64,000 nt of DNA from positions 2,336,001 to 2,400,000 of the forward strand of contig CH464491.1 of assembly GCA_000002445.1 (NCBI GenBank), in the 5' to 3' direction. How positions within the stretch are numbered: the first letter of the stretch is position 1; the number at the start of each line of letters is the position of its first letter. Of the stretch, positions 29,787 to 41,565 are shown piece after piece. The notes beneath the pieces are model-generated. The model was not told the origin of the DNA, ran no database searches, and saw only the letters and a program-made list of their open reading frames with translations. The position numbers and the translations under genes are program-made. This DNA is from Trypanosoma brucei (taxonomy: Eukaryota).

Positions 29787-31124
29787 ATGATAAAACGAAG
29801 ACAACACACAGATGTGTGCTACTACTCCCATGATCGGACAGGCATGAATAGGCTTCATCCACTGCAGCTTCTGTTGGCTTACGAGGAGACTCGCTGTCCG
29901 TACGACCTGCCGGGGGAAAAGGAAAGAAGACGCCTTGTTGGTTATCCTTCATGGACGGAGGCGGCACTCACTGCCTGGTCGCGCCAATCAGTCAAATACA
30001 GCGTGGCTGGGGAGGTAGAAAAGAGATGTGAGGGGAGCAAATCACCGGTGTTGTTGATGGATGGGGGAACGGGGCAACCGGAGCCTGTGGCCAAAGGTGC
30101 AGTGAATACACCTACGAGCGGGGAAGCTGAAAAGGCAATAAGGATTACTGAAGCGCCCCTATTGGTGAGGCTGGTGGCACGCGAAGTTGTGGCGGCATCC
30201 CGCCTTATTGACGACTCGGCGACAAGTGAGGACGCAATGGGTAGCCAAGTTGATGGTGTGTTTACTTCTCATTGCAAACCGGTACGCTCAACTGAGTCTC
30301 ATGCGCTTGAAAATCGAAGTGCCAACCCTGCACGGGAGTTGCTCAGAGTGAAACAACCGGCGACACGAGACATTGGGGTTGGCAGTGACATATGTGATCC
30401 CGGTAAAGGCCCTGCTGAGGAACGGGAAAGTTCCGGTCAAACGCGGCAAAGTGCCGTAGAGGACATCATGGTGGCACAAGGGAATCAAGTGGGTGATCTT
30501 CTTTCAAACACCGTGGAACGTCTCTACGCAAAGCTACAGGGGACCGCGCTAAAGGTCGTTGCCATTGATGACCTAAATCGACAATTAACCGAGAAGTTTG
30601 AATCCTTAAAACCGAGGGACCATGTGGAGGATAAGACTGAACTCAGCATATATCTGTATTCTCTTCGTCGTCAGGTAGAAAACCTGAAAAGGGAATGGGA
30701 TGTCCATAAAACTGCGCTGGAGGCATCGGAGCAGCGGCTACGAGGAAACAAAACGGATCCTTCAGAGCGGACGGTTCGGGTGCAAATTGTGAAAGACTAC
30801 GAAACGCCCCCGGTTCCTTACAAAAAGGGACCGTTCAGGCCGCTTGTTATACCAGCAGTCGGAAAGGAAGGGGAAAAGAAGAGCTCAGCCTCATATTCAG
30901 ATAACTCTGAGTGGACCAGTGAGTCTTCAAGCTCGGTGCCCGCCTCGTCGCGCAGTGTTGTGTCGTCTTCTTCGTACACATCGACTTCCTCTCAACCAAC
31001 GCCGACGTCTTCGTCTACAGACCACTCTTCCTCGTTTTCCACACTGAATTCGTCACCTTCTCGGCGAACGTCTTCGGTTAGCTTCTCATCGGAAGAAATC
31101 GACTCTGGAAGTACTCTTAGTTAG
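29787..31124 (+). CDS. Hypothetical protein with a Ser/Thr-rich low-complexity C-terminal tail; start uncertain (ATG 29655, 29787 or 29844)
   Basis: The track ORF 29598 starts at GTG and translates a poly-Y stretch. The downstream body is acidic and coiled-coil-like. The C-terminus is SSASYSDNSEWTSESSSSVPASSRSVVSSSSYTSTSSQPTPTSSSTDHSSSFSTLNSSPS. Confidence 0.45.
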   Translation: MIKRRQHTDVCYYSHDRTGMNRLHPLQLLLAYEETRCPYDLPGEKERRRLVGYPSWTEAALTAWSRQSVKYSVAGEVEKRCEGSKSPVLLMDGGTGQPEPVAKGAVNTPTSGEAEKAIRITEAPLLVRLVAREVVAASRLIDDSATSEDAMGSQVDGVFTSHCKPVRSTESHALENRSANPARELLRVKQPATRDIGVGSDICDPGKGPAEERESSGQTRQSAVEDIMVAQGNQVGDLLSNTVERLYAKLQGTALKVVAIDDLNRQLTEKFESLKPRDHVEDKTELSIYLYSLRRQVENLKREWDVHKTALEASEQRLRGNKTDPSERTVRVQIVKDYETPPVPYKKGPFRPLVIPAVGKEGEKKSSASYSDNSEWTSESSSSVPASSRSVVSSSSYTSTSSQPTPTSSSTDHSSSFSTLNSSPSRRTSSVSFSSEEIDSGSTLS

Positions 31125-32764
31125 TTGCCATGAGATTTCCCCGCGATGGAAGCAATATAGACGTATCCGGATAGAATCAAGCATAGAACACTAGAAACAC
31201 CTCAGTTTTGTAGGTGTGCCGCTATTTCCACCGTATTTTTTTTGTTGGTTGTTTGATCATTTAGTTTGGCTAGTACAAGCTGCTACACCCTGCCGCAAAG
31301 GAATGGGGTAAGTGACATGTTCTCTCCCCACAGGTAAATTAACTGTTTCTCATTTATGTCGTTCATAATTCGTCCGTTCGTTTCCCTTTGCGATTTTCTC
31401 GGTACTTAGAAACGAAAGCAACCACACAGTAACACCAGGACGAAACCTGTCATTAATAGGCAACGGAATGTGACATTCGGTGAGGAGTTGTGTGTGTGGG
31501 GGGGACGTCTCTCGTTGGAGAACACTTGGCACGGGAGCATAAAGTTTCAATGGGTGTAGTGGAACTAACTGGTGAAGCGGTTGTTGTGACCGAAGGCGCT
31601 GGGGTGGGGCGGGGTGGCGGCGCTCTGCGAGGCGAGTGGAAGAGAAAAGAAGGAACCCTACACATTTAAGTCATGGGGGGGGTGCGTTTACCAGCGGATG
31701 CACAAAACTTTCATAGGCTTAGGACGTGCGCCTGCCTGGTTCATGTCGCACTGGAGTTATGGTCGATTTGTATGTGCGTGCAATTGGCGGCGGAAACGGG
31801 CGCCTAAACATTTACATCCCCCTTTTTTTTTTTTGAACCCTCACGATTGTTGGCTACTTAGTGCCGTTTCATTGCCATTTGTTGGGGTGACTGTAACGCA
31901 ACTAATCTTAATTCACTGCATGTCTTTTTTGTCGTCAACGCATGGAACCATTGGTTTCTGTATTGTAACAAGACGGCTGCAATTGTGTAAGGGCCTGTTT
32001 ATACCCTCTTCTAACATGTGTCAGCTTTATTGTTCATGCGCATCTTCTTAACCGTTCCCAGTGGATTGGTTTCTTTTCCGAAAACCTTTCTCATCGCTTC
32101 ACTGACGTTTGATACTATGCACATCATCTCTTTCGCACACATACATGAATTTCGTTCCGTGGGTACCCAGTGTTCAGCTAAACACGTAATCGTTCCTCTT
32201 ACCGTCACTGTGGTATCCGTTTATTTTTGGTGTTTGGAGCCCTCTCTTGCATTTTGTTGTGTGTGGGTGGCGGGTGGGATTTCTATCGCTTTTTCCCTTT
32301 GTTGTTTATTTCCCCTGAGGCTGCTTTCTCGCAAAGATATAACGTGAGGGGGGTTTGCCATCGAGTAATAAAAATAAAAGGTAGAAAAGCCGGCAAAGAG
32401 AAAAAGGCGAAAGGTAGGACACGGCTACCAGTTCATCCAAGGCTAAGTTTTCCGGGTTTCGGTTTGTTCTGATACTAAATTGGGTTGACGGCTTCGATAA
32501 ATTCCGTATCTAGAAGTCGGTGGAAAAAAAAAAAAGGAATAATTATCACCTGGCGAGTGAGTGATTTTTACTTGCTTTGTGGGACAAAGCAAAGAAAAAG
32601 GTGGAACTAATACTTGTGGAGTAATTAGAAGTGTTAGTTGAGTGAGCCACAACGATTTAGACGGGTACGTGTGCCAAGGGAAAGGGATAATAGAAGGACT
32701 GAGGGTAAAGCAATAAGAGGAAGAAAGAAGTGTTGTTTTGCTGTTGTTGTTTTTTTTTTTTACA

Positions 32765-33589
32765 ATGGCGAAAGGAAGCGATTATGATGCCGTAGCGTAC
32801 GAGCCAATGCCGAGGGAAGGGTTCGATGCTGGCGATGAGGGACCTTTGGTCGGTAACCATGATCAGGGATTTCTGTTCGATGACCAGGCGGATGGCGCCC
32901 ACAGCACTCAGCTTACCTATATTGCGCCATCAGTCAAGAAGCCGGTATATGCACTGGGTATCACACTACTTTTTCTTCTGGTTGCTGTGGTTTTAACCGT
33001 CATTCTGCAACCCACGTTTCTCTACGGCGAAACCTGCGTTACACCCTTTGGTACCATTATTGGTGTGCACAATGGCGTTTTCGCGTATAGCAACTGCCGA
33101 AGGGATCACATCTCCACCAAAAAAAATAGCATCAAAGGTGAAGGCTCCATGGAGACTGGCATGGAATGGCAGTGCTTTGAGTACGTGAAACGCTATTGGA
33201 TCATGCGTGGAGTTCCTCAGTCTGTTATTTTACCCACTGCAAGAAAGTCCAGTGAACTTTGGTCGTTCACACAAGCAACCTTTAAAAACGGCTCAAAGGT
33301 GCAACTGGAACGGCACGACAATGGGGGGCCCCAACCACTAGTTGGTGACCTTTTGGTATATCGCGAGCAACCCGCCCTGTTGCCGGTTGGTCATGTCGCC
33401 GTTATTGTGCGCGTGGGGAAGACACATGTTTGGGTGGCCGAACAGAACTGGTTTAACAAACAATGGCACCCGCCGTTCCACAACTTTTCACGCACCATCA
33501 AGATGCATCACAATGCAGAAAGCCAAACCTACGAGTTGGAGGACATGGCGGGTACAACTATCAAGGGCTGGATGCGGTACAAGACGTAG
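32765..33589 (+). CDS. CHAP-domain (Cys/His amidase/peptidase fold) protein with an N-terminal signal-anchor; type II membrane topology predicted
   Basis: Transmembrane helix ALGITLLFLLVAVVLTVIL after ~60 cytosolic residues. The C-terminal domain has a conserved Cys in EWQCFEYVKRYW and a His in PVGHVAVIVRVGKTHVWVAEQNW. That spacing and context match CHAP / glutathionylspermidine-amidase-type domains. The track start is TTG 32738; the first ATG is 32765. Confidence 0.5.
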   Translation: MAKGSDYDAVAYEPMPREGFDAGDEGPLVGNHDQGFLFDDQADGAHSTQLTYIAPSVKKPVYALGITLLFLLVAVVLTVILQPTFLYGETCVTPFGTIIGVHNGVFAYSNCRRDHISTKKNSIKGEGSMETGMEWQCFEYVKRYWIMRGVPQSVILPTARKSSELWSFTQATFKNGSKVQLERHDNGGPQPLVGDLLVYREQPALLPVGHVAVIVRVGKTHVWVAEQNWFNKQWHPPFHNFSRTIKMHHNAESQTYELEDMAGTTIKGWMRYKT

Positions 33590-34661
33590 TAGGGTAGTTA
33601 CGGGGCGTTGAAAGTGGCGCCGCGGTAGCGACATTCTCAGATAGGGCATATTTTGTGCTTTTTCCCTCCTGGTTGGACTCCTTTTATTTCCTTCTTGTTC
33701 TCCCTTACACAGCGGCAGAAATGAAGGATGTTGGAAGCAAGAATAAGTTGGAAGGGGAAAGTATGCACCCCATCTCCAACCAGCTGTATCAACTTTGCTT
33801 GAACAACCGTTCAGCTCGGCGCGAAGACGCGCTGGTGCTTCACGGTTAACTTGTCCCTTTTGTCTTCTTCGGAGGGGGGAAGGGACCCTTTTCAGTAGTG
33901 AATCCGAACAAACAACCCCGACGGGAGTAAATCCTTCTTTTTTACACCACTCCTTGCGCGTTTCCTTCTCATCTCGGTTTCGGTTGCGATCTTTTTGTCT
34001 CCTATACTGTGCGTTAAGAGTGTTTGTGGACTATTGGACCATATAGTGGGTTTGCGTCTTCCCCTCTTGCCCCATTCATGCGCATTCACGCTCTTGAATA
34101 CTTTATGGAAGCAGGAAAGGGAAAAGGTGAAATTATGACGGAACAGCGAGTGCCTGCCTGCGGGTGCACGCGCGTGGCGCCACCTCCACCACTGGATTGA
34201 GCCGCGACTTCCATCGATGGATTGCGCTACAGAGTTGATGGAAATGGAGCCATGCAGAGTACTGTAGCGTTGTGTGCCGCACCAAAATTGTGGAGCATGT
34301 CTTTGCTGCTCTACAACCTAAGTCTTGCGGAGCTTACTAGGCCCTTCCATCCATTGGCGTGTGCGTGTTGTGCTACAGTGCGTGTGGGATTGAGACAAGG
34401 TGTGCCGAATGATATGTTTTGCTTCCATTCTTTTGCTGTGCAATCGAGGAGTCATTCATGGCTGCGGACATTAACATCTGATGGTGATGGCGCTGCGATT
34501 ATTTCGGTTCCCCACATTTCGCTGATTTAATGTAAATAGTCGGCAAAGTGCACCCATCCAAATTTCTTTCACTCCAGTACCACTCTTTTTTTGTCGGTTC
34601 TTGTGCCGTTTGGTAGCATTCTTTTTTTAAAAAAAAGAGAGAAGGAAAGTGAGGGCAAGGG

Positions 34662-35711
34662 ATGACCTTACTCTCCCATGTAGTGGTTCTTTGTTCCCTC
34701 CTCTTCGTGCTGTCTGGTTGCGGGAGGGGGGTGCCTTTTTGTTACACGTATGAGCTAGACCGCAAGGTGAAACCGGTAGAAACTTGGACCGGACAAATGC
34801 TAACAATGGCGCAGCAAGCGCACGAGAGGGTGAAGGGAATGCGTCACTCAATTTCTTCCGTCGCCGCGGCTGTACACAAATACGCATGGATCGTCAAGAA
34901 CACAACAGAAGGGGATGCAATTTACGTAGACACCGCGACTCGACAACTGTCCAGAGCCTCGGATGCCCACGACCGGGTTGCAAACCTACAGAAGACAATA
35001 CAGGATCATCACAAAGAGGTGACGTACCTTTCTCGCAAGGCAATGGAAAGCTGTGACGAATGGGTTGTCACGCTGCACCGTCTCCGGAAGACGAGGGAAG
35101 AGAAGGACCGGACAGAACTGATGAAGAAACTTCAAACCCACGAGGCTGTAGCCAAAGAGAACATTGGCATCGCCAAGAAGGTGGCGTTACAGACAAAGCC
35201 ATTCGCGGAGCAGGTTGCGAGGAACGTCTCGACAGCGGAGAGTGCGCTCAGGTTCGCGCTAAATGTCTGGAAGAAGTTCACCTCCGTTCTTGGAGAGACA
35301 ATTGAGAAAAAGAAGGCTGAGGCCGAACGTAGAGCTCGCGAGGCAGCCGAACAAACGAACAGATCTGACAATGCCACTGATGAACCACAAGAGCAGACAG
35401 CAGATGCGGCAAACCGAACGGCCACCCTACCCGAAAAGGAGGGTTCGGCAGAGCAGAACGATGAGGAGGTGGAAGACGTGCAACAGATTCCAAAGATTGT
35501 TGACAGTTTGGATTTCAGGGACAATTTCAGTGAGGAGCGACCCACCACACAAGTGAGCACACCATCGTGGAGTGAGCAAGGGGATGAAACTGCGACGGAT
35601 ACCACACTTAAGACGAGGGCCCAATATTCCGAACTGGCTACACGGGGGTGCAGAGGGCTGTTCCATTTATCGGCTATTCTGTTCACCTATGCTCGCATTA
35701 CCGCTCCTTAA
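34662..35711 (+). CDS. Hypothetical secreted/surface protein with an N-terminal signal peptide and coiled-coil regions
   Basis: An ATG start followed by a hydrophobic signal sequence (MTLLSHVVVLCSLLFVLSGCG). Helical, charged repeats follow. The hydrophobic C-terminal end (GLFHLSAILFTYARITAP) is a possible GPI signal. Confidence 0.5.
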   Translation: MTLLSHVVVLCSLLFVLSGCGRGVPFCYTYELDRKVKPVETWTGQMLTMAQQAHERVKGMRHSISSVAAAVHKYAWIVKNTTEGDAIYVDTATRQLSRASDAHDRVANLQKTIQDHHKEVTYLSRKAMESCDEWVVTLHRLRKTREEKDRTELMKKLQTHEAVAKENIGIAKKVALQTKPFAEQVARNVSTAESALRFALNVWKKFTSVLGETIEKKKAEAERRAREAAEQTNRSDNATDEPQEQTADAANRTATLPEKEGSAEQNDEEVEDVQQIPKIVDSLDFRDNFSEERPTTQVSTPSWSEQGDETATDTTLKTRAQYSELATRGCRGLFHLSAILFTYARITAP

Positions 35712-36943
35712 ATAGGGATCTCCTCCAATCTATCGAACGGCTGCGTCCTTTTTCCAGAAGAGTTGTATCTGTTGATTTGCCCGTGGTGGAGATGGCAAGG
35801 GTGAGTTATATATGTAACTAGCATGTGGGGTTGTACTATCCAAAGCCCATGTAGGTAGTCAATAAATGTGTACAGTTGGTTGTCGAGGTGGGGGTGTTGC
35901 GTGCGTTGGTGAGGAGGGTGTGCTTTTTGTATGCATACAACGTATGCTTACCTCCCATCCACCACAACCACAACCTCCAACCAGTCAGAATGCTCGTTTT
36001 GTTCTTCGCTTTTCACCGTATTCGGTACTGTTGCTTCTACCCAAATTTGAACACTTTGCTTTAAGTATTATCTTTTTTCTTTGTTTGCTCCGCCACGACA
36101 AGTCAACGACTGTGCCGCGACGGCGCCTTAGTGGCGGCCCCTCCGTCGTTGCCCTTTTGCTCTGTAGAAGATATGTCGCTTTCTGCTTATTTGCTGAAAA
36201 GCAAATACGGGCGCCATTCAGCTGATCCGGCGTCACGTACTGTGTGGACGGTCACTGCTAGGTTTCCAGTCTGTTTATTTCCCTCCTTTTTTTGAGCTTA
36301 GTTGGGCACTAGTTTTCTTCCCTATGCCTGAAAATAAAAATCGTGGCGTGCCTTCGCTGGGCCACCGCGGTTTGTGGCGAGACGGGGAGAAGCCCGCGCC
36401 AAACGCAACGGGTTTCAGGAGTACATATGTCGGGGCCCACTTTAATTGTAGGTTTACGCGCCCCGCTACTAAAACATGGTGGTTAGGAAATTTTAGTAAG
36501 ATGATATACCGCTGCGGGCACCAACTTACCCGCCATTGCGGTGTCAAGGTCCAGCGCCGCCCATATCGGTGGACAACAAAACGCCAGCACCTTCGACATG
36601 TCGAGCTGGTTTCGGAGGTGCATTTACAATCACCCGACGGTGCCCCAATGAGGTGCGATGGTCACTTGAGGGGAAGGAAGAAGCGTTAGTTCGCAATTCG
36701 GCATAGCGGGGCAAACCGTATGTTTAGCCTAGTGTGCAGCGAAAAGAAAGGCGTGCGCGAATTTACAATAAACTGCTTCTCGCCGGATTTGCCTTCCGGT
36801 GCACTGCCAAGGTGCTGATCCAGAGGCGACAGGATGCAAGAGCAAAAAAAGGGGAAGGATCATACAAACATACGTAGATGCACACACGTACGCTTATGCA
36901 TTTGTTGTTTGTGAATGTGGCACCGAAGAGGGAACGAATCCCA

Positions 36944-37065
36944 GGGGGGGGGGAGGTTTTGATCGAGTTCTGTGGGGGTGAACTGCGTTAGTAAAGAGTG
37001 TGGGAAAAAACTCCCCCGCGGCAGATGCTTCCACCGCCTCCGGGACAGCCGGGACCCCCCCCCCC
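36944..37065. repeat. Homopolymer pair: G10 (36944-36953) and C11 (37055-37065) about 100 bp apart
   Basis: ccaggggggggggagg ... gggaccccccccccctt. Plus C13 at 15442-15454 and A12 at 32524-32535 elsewhere in intergenic DNA. Confidence 0.85.
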
Positions 37066-37780
37066 TTCCTTTGACAGCGAGCTAGTGATCCGCAAAAGCG
37101 AACAACAACACCCCGCTAGGATATTCGGGATCTGGCGGGGATTGAACCCCCAGGCCGCTTCGTCTCACGGGACCGTGCCGCCGGTAGTGTCTTTAGGGGC
37201 GCCAACGGGCGGAAGCGAATGTGGATGATTCGGCTGCGGTTCTACCCTTCGCATTCGTGCCATCATGCGCAATAGTATCTACGCCACCGACGCTGCAAGA
37301 ACGCGGAGGTGTTACGAGCGGTTTGTGTATGTTGCAGAGGGGGAGAAGGAGAAAGGAAAGTATCCTTTTTTGTTTCCACTGCGGTCGCACGTGTAAGGGA
37401 TTTCGTGAGGCCAAACAGCATTCACTTCAACCTCTCACACTATCACCTTCTTTCCCTCTTTAGCTTCCATATTTTGGAGAGCTGTACAACACCTCTGCAG
37501 CGATTTTTGACACATCCTGCAAAAATCTATTTCTACCACAAACTTCGTCCGGATTGAAAAAACACCAAGAGCACTCGCCTCGAGGGCGATCCCTCATGTG
37601 GCTATAGTTTTCTCCTGGGACTTTCACTTCCAATCTTAACTCATGTTGTCGTCTGCTTTGGTGTAGCTTTCGCACCTCCAAGCTTCGCGTGCACACACAC
37701 CATGGTAGATTCACCGAGCGCAGACTCCGCGGCCATAGCAACTCAACGGTACACGGAACTTCTCTGAACCGCTTATAGCC

Positions 37781-37820
37781 TATATATATACATATATATA
37801 TATATACATTTTTTTTGCAT
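37781..37820. repeat. TA-rich simple repeat ((TATA)/(TATATACA) runs followed by T8)
   Basis: tatatatatacatatatatatatatacatttttttt, inside the long gene-free region. Confidence 0.9.
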
Positions 37821-39384
37821 TAAAGTTCCCAATAGTTCCCCAAACGACCTTCCAACGCCCGCCCAGCCACTCACTCGATCACGCGTGTGTAAATTTTGAC
37901 CCTCGATTCGGTTTCCTCTCATGCCCCCTTTTGGTTGTCGCAATTCACGTATTTTCGTCACGCCGCAATCCATATATACAAACTGTCCCTTGTGGCCCGT
38001 GATCCCCATTCCGCAAATACCGAGAGTGGCTCATGGCTTTCCAACGTTACACGCTCCCCTTTTCCGCAAAAGCATGAGGACCCGTAGACGACACCACCTC
38101 GTAAAGCGACTGCAGCCTGCCGCCGGGCTCGGGTACCCTCGTCCCGGTTGCGCGGGGTTTGGTTGTTTTCGCTTTCAAACCTTCCTGGAGCAAGGGCAAA
38201 TGGGGAGCTTGGTTCAGCCTCTTTTTCGCAGCGTCGACTGTCAGCCGCGGCCCTTTCAACGCCGATTTAGCTATTGCGTGTTTTCCACCGCCTCGACCGT
38301 ATGGCCTGTTCACGCTGGCTCTCCACACCATGGCAGCTCTGTTCCCACTTCTAACTCGATCTTAACTAATACAAAACCGCTACTTTCCTCAACGACAATC
38401 GCTAATGGAGTGCTGGGGTCTCGTGCGCCAAAGCTTATCGGGGAAGGAGGCTAACCCCCACCCGTGATCACGACGCGCAGCCACCTACGCCGCCAAAAGT
38501 CGCAACGCTGTCAAATGCCTTCGCTTGGCCCTCGAAAATGAGGAATTGTGGATTGAAGTTACTGCTGCCGCAGATGCTTGGGGCGGCCGAAGCCGCCATC
38601 GGCGTTGCGCGCGGTCGCCGTTTGCACGATAGCATATGCATACGATGTACATGAACTGCAACCCGCTTCGGATGTTTTACACCCGCGGCGGCGTCGCGAA
38701 ATGGCAACGCCTAAGTATGGGGTCCCCCTGGACACTTGTGTGATCCGCCGCACCCCTTACCGAAACTGGTAAGAGGAAGGGAAGCTAGCTATTGCGAATG
38801 GGCCGCAGCGGCAGCGAGCAGCCGACCTCAGAACCAAAGGAAGTGCGCTTTAGACGGATAATCGGTGCTGTTTCTTACCGAAAGGGTGAACGGATGCGCG
38901 GTGGAGGAAGGGGGAAACTGCCAAAGAGGGCTTGTGCCACCGCAAAAACGAGTGCGTACGCGACGGGAATGGTAGACAGAGATTACGAAAGCGGGGGCAT
39001 GCCCGGCGATTGTCAAATGAGAGCGAAACACCGAGTAGCGGTGAACGGGGGCCCGTCAGCACTGACTTGTTTGCAGCCGTGACCGGTTGCCAAAATTGAG
39101 CGTTACGCAGAACATTTTTTTTTTGGAATTTTCTTCGTGCCTTCGTGGGAGTTTCCCCCAACTGGCGCGGCCATCAGCCATCACCGTAGAGCCCTGAGAT
39201 GCTATCGGTCTGGCGACTGTGGCAGAGTCTCCCTTTTTTATTCAGCCTAACACACCCTCTATAATTTTTGTTGTAGCTCCGCAGTTGAACGGAATACAGC
39301 AGATGGGGCGAGAAGCCCCCACCCCAGACTCTCCAAAAGATGTCAATTAGCAATCCTTTTGTTTTGATTTTTGTTATTCGTTTA

Positions 39385-41565
39385 TTATTCTCTCATCCTT
39401 TTTCTGTTTCTGTTGCTTGTTGACTGCATACCCCCTCTGTCTCTGAGGGTGTCTGGACTATTCCTGCGTCCGGTGCTTTTCCTGCTAGCTCCACACCCGG
39501 CAATAAGGGGGGAAGTTGCAGAAGGGAGAGTGGGTTGTATGACTGTTACCTTAGGTGAGGACTTCACCTGCGGCCGGCTCCGTTCAACCGCAATGAGAAA
39601 TTGCGCCAGCCTTTTGGAGAAGCATATATCCTGCACACACTCACCTTCTACCGCAAACCTGACACGTAACTCCTCCAAACCGGGACAGCTCATCAAGTGC
39701 AACGACGTTTCTTCGCAGTCGCCGCGTTGGCTGGTAACAGCGCGCTCTACCTTCATACCGTGCATCTTCTTTTGATGTAGGGTGAGGCCAGTTTTGCTAG
39801 CACACTGCCTTCCGCATGTCGGGCACACCAACATGGATGTGTTTGTATGCGGGGAATCAGTGGCACACAATTTTGTGCTTTTGCTGCATTTAAGCTCGAC
39901 TCCCTCACCTTTGTGGAAAGCCTTACAGTGTCGGATGAGGGAGTCCCTGCAACTGAGCACTTTTTGGCACACACCACACTGCACCTCACCTTTCCCCGGG
40001 ACGTCAACGTTTCCCTCACGGGCACGCTTACGAGGGAATTGCACCACCACCACGGTACCGTCCTCCGTCACTATGCTTTTATGTTTGAATTTCTTGTGTA
40101 GTGACAGGGAAGAACGTGTACCGAAGCTCGCCTCGCGCAGGTCACATTGAAACGGCAGCTTCCGTGTATCCTTAGGGGCTGGCACTGCTGGGGCTCTACC
40201 ATCTCCTTGCAATGAGTCTTCGTTCTCTCGCCCCCTTTTCACGCGGCAACTACCGCTGCCTATGCCATGTATTGTTCTAAGGTGGTGTAATAGTCGGCCT
40301 GGCACTGCGAATTTGGAGGCACAGATGGTACAATGAAGAACCTGTGGTCTCATTGGGACTCGTGTGCTCGATGGTAAAGGAACGATCGCCACCACTGGAG
40401 GGGGCTCCGGGGGGATGTCCACTGCAGGTGTTGCATCGCCGTATTTGATCCTCCGGAGGGCATCAGCTCGCACAAAGCCGTGTTTGTTTACCATGTGCGT
40501 TACAGCACTCGAGCGGCATTGGTATGTGGCATCACATTCCGTACATTTGGTCGGTTCGAAGGTTCTCTGAAGAGTGCGTGTCGCAACAGGTGTGGTTGTT
40601 TGTGTTTGTATTGTTGGCCCTATTGCTGCATGTTGCGGGTTGCACCATCGGAACTGTGGAGGCACACTCGGGTTGATTTTTCGCAACATCCATCCATAGT
40701 ATCTTGAAGACCCAACACGAAAGCGTGCCAGTGCCGTTTCTTCTTTCCTCGTCAGTTCTTCTTTATGTTTTGTTGGAAAGTGGTTGCCCGTGATACCAAA
40801 CCTATGAGTGTTCTCATGGACTTCTTCCGANNNNNNNNNNNNNNNNNNNNNNNNNNNNNNNNNNNNNNNNNNNNNNNNNNNNNNNNNNNNNNNNNNNNNN
40901 NNNNNNNNNNNNNNNNNNNNNNNNNNNNNNAACATGATTGGGCCAAGGACAGTTCCTTGTGGCACTCCTCGCTCAAATGTTCTGCTTCTGGAGAGCTTCT
41001 CCTTGAATCTCACTCTGCCAGTTCGGTTACTCAGAAATGATACGCACCACTTCACAATGTGGGGTGATACCTTCATTCTGTGCATTTCCCTCGCAATTTT
41101 GTCGTGGTCTACTGTATCAAATGCCTTCTCGTAGTCAACGAATACAGCACCCGTACGATATTGGTGCGTGGGACGGCAGAGGGCAGCGCGGACGTGCAGG
41201 AGTTGTTCGAGCGTTGAGCATCCGGGGCGAAAGCCTGATTGCTGCGGCGTCAGCTGGGACTCAACAGTGTCTCTAAGTCTCGCGGCAATTATGCGCTCCA
41301 TGACTTTGCAGAGACAGCTCGTGAGCGTCACAGGCCTGTAAGAATCGAGGTCCTCCGCCTTTTTTCCGGCCTTCAGGATGGGGATGATAACACCAGTCTT
41401 CCATGCAGGCGGCACGACTCCCGTTCGTAGGCTCTCATTGAATAGCCTCAGCACAACATTCAGCGCTGTTCTGCCGAGATGTTGCAGTGCCTCGTTGTAT
41501 AAGCAATCAGGTCCGGCTGCGGATCCACTCGGTAGCAGTTTGATCGATCTCCGTAGTTCAGCCAT
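39385..41565 (-). pseudogene. Retroelement ORF, C-terminal part: reverse transcriptase, RNase H-like region and C2H2 zinc fingers; interrupted by a 100-N gap
   Basis: RT motifs: AAGPDCLYNE, GVIIPILKAGKK, and a YxDD-region lost in the gap. C-terminal C2H2 fingers: CTECDATYQCRSSAVTHMVNKHG, CTICASKFAVPGRLLHHLRTIHG, CGVCQKVLSCRDSLIRHCKAFH, CPTCGRQCASKTGLTLHQKKMHG. The ORF translation contains the X run that comes from the N gap. Confidence 0.8.
40831..40930. other. Assembly gap (100 N) inside the retroelement RT region
   Basis: Exactly 100 N, a conventional placeholder size. The element as shown is ~3.9 kb, whereas full-length ingi/L1Tc is ~5 kb, so roughly 1 kb of RT sequence is probably missing here. 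Confidence 0.9.

Noticed and set aside
37128-37200. tRNA gene on the minus strand (T-arm-like GGGGGTTCAATCCCCGCC)
   Set aside because: I could not fold the surrounding 75 nt into a cloverleaf with a paired acceptor stem or a 7-nt anticodon loop. I kept it only as a possible tRNA-like promoter element in the findings, not as a tRNA feature.
36324-38454. Various 60-180 aa ORFs in the 35.7-39.1 kb gene-free interval (for example 36324-36689, 37921-38454)
   Set aside because: No motifs, mixed strands and low-complexity translations. They are more likely non-coding UTR or degenerate-element sequence.
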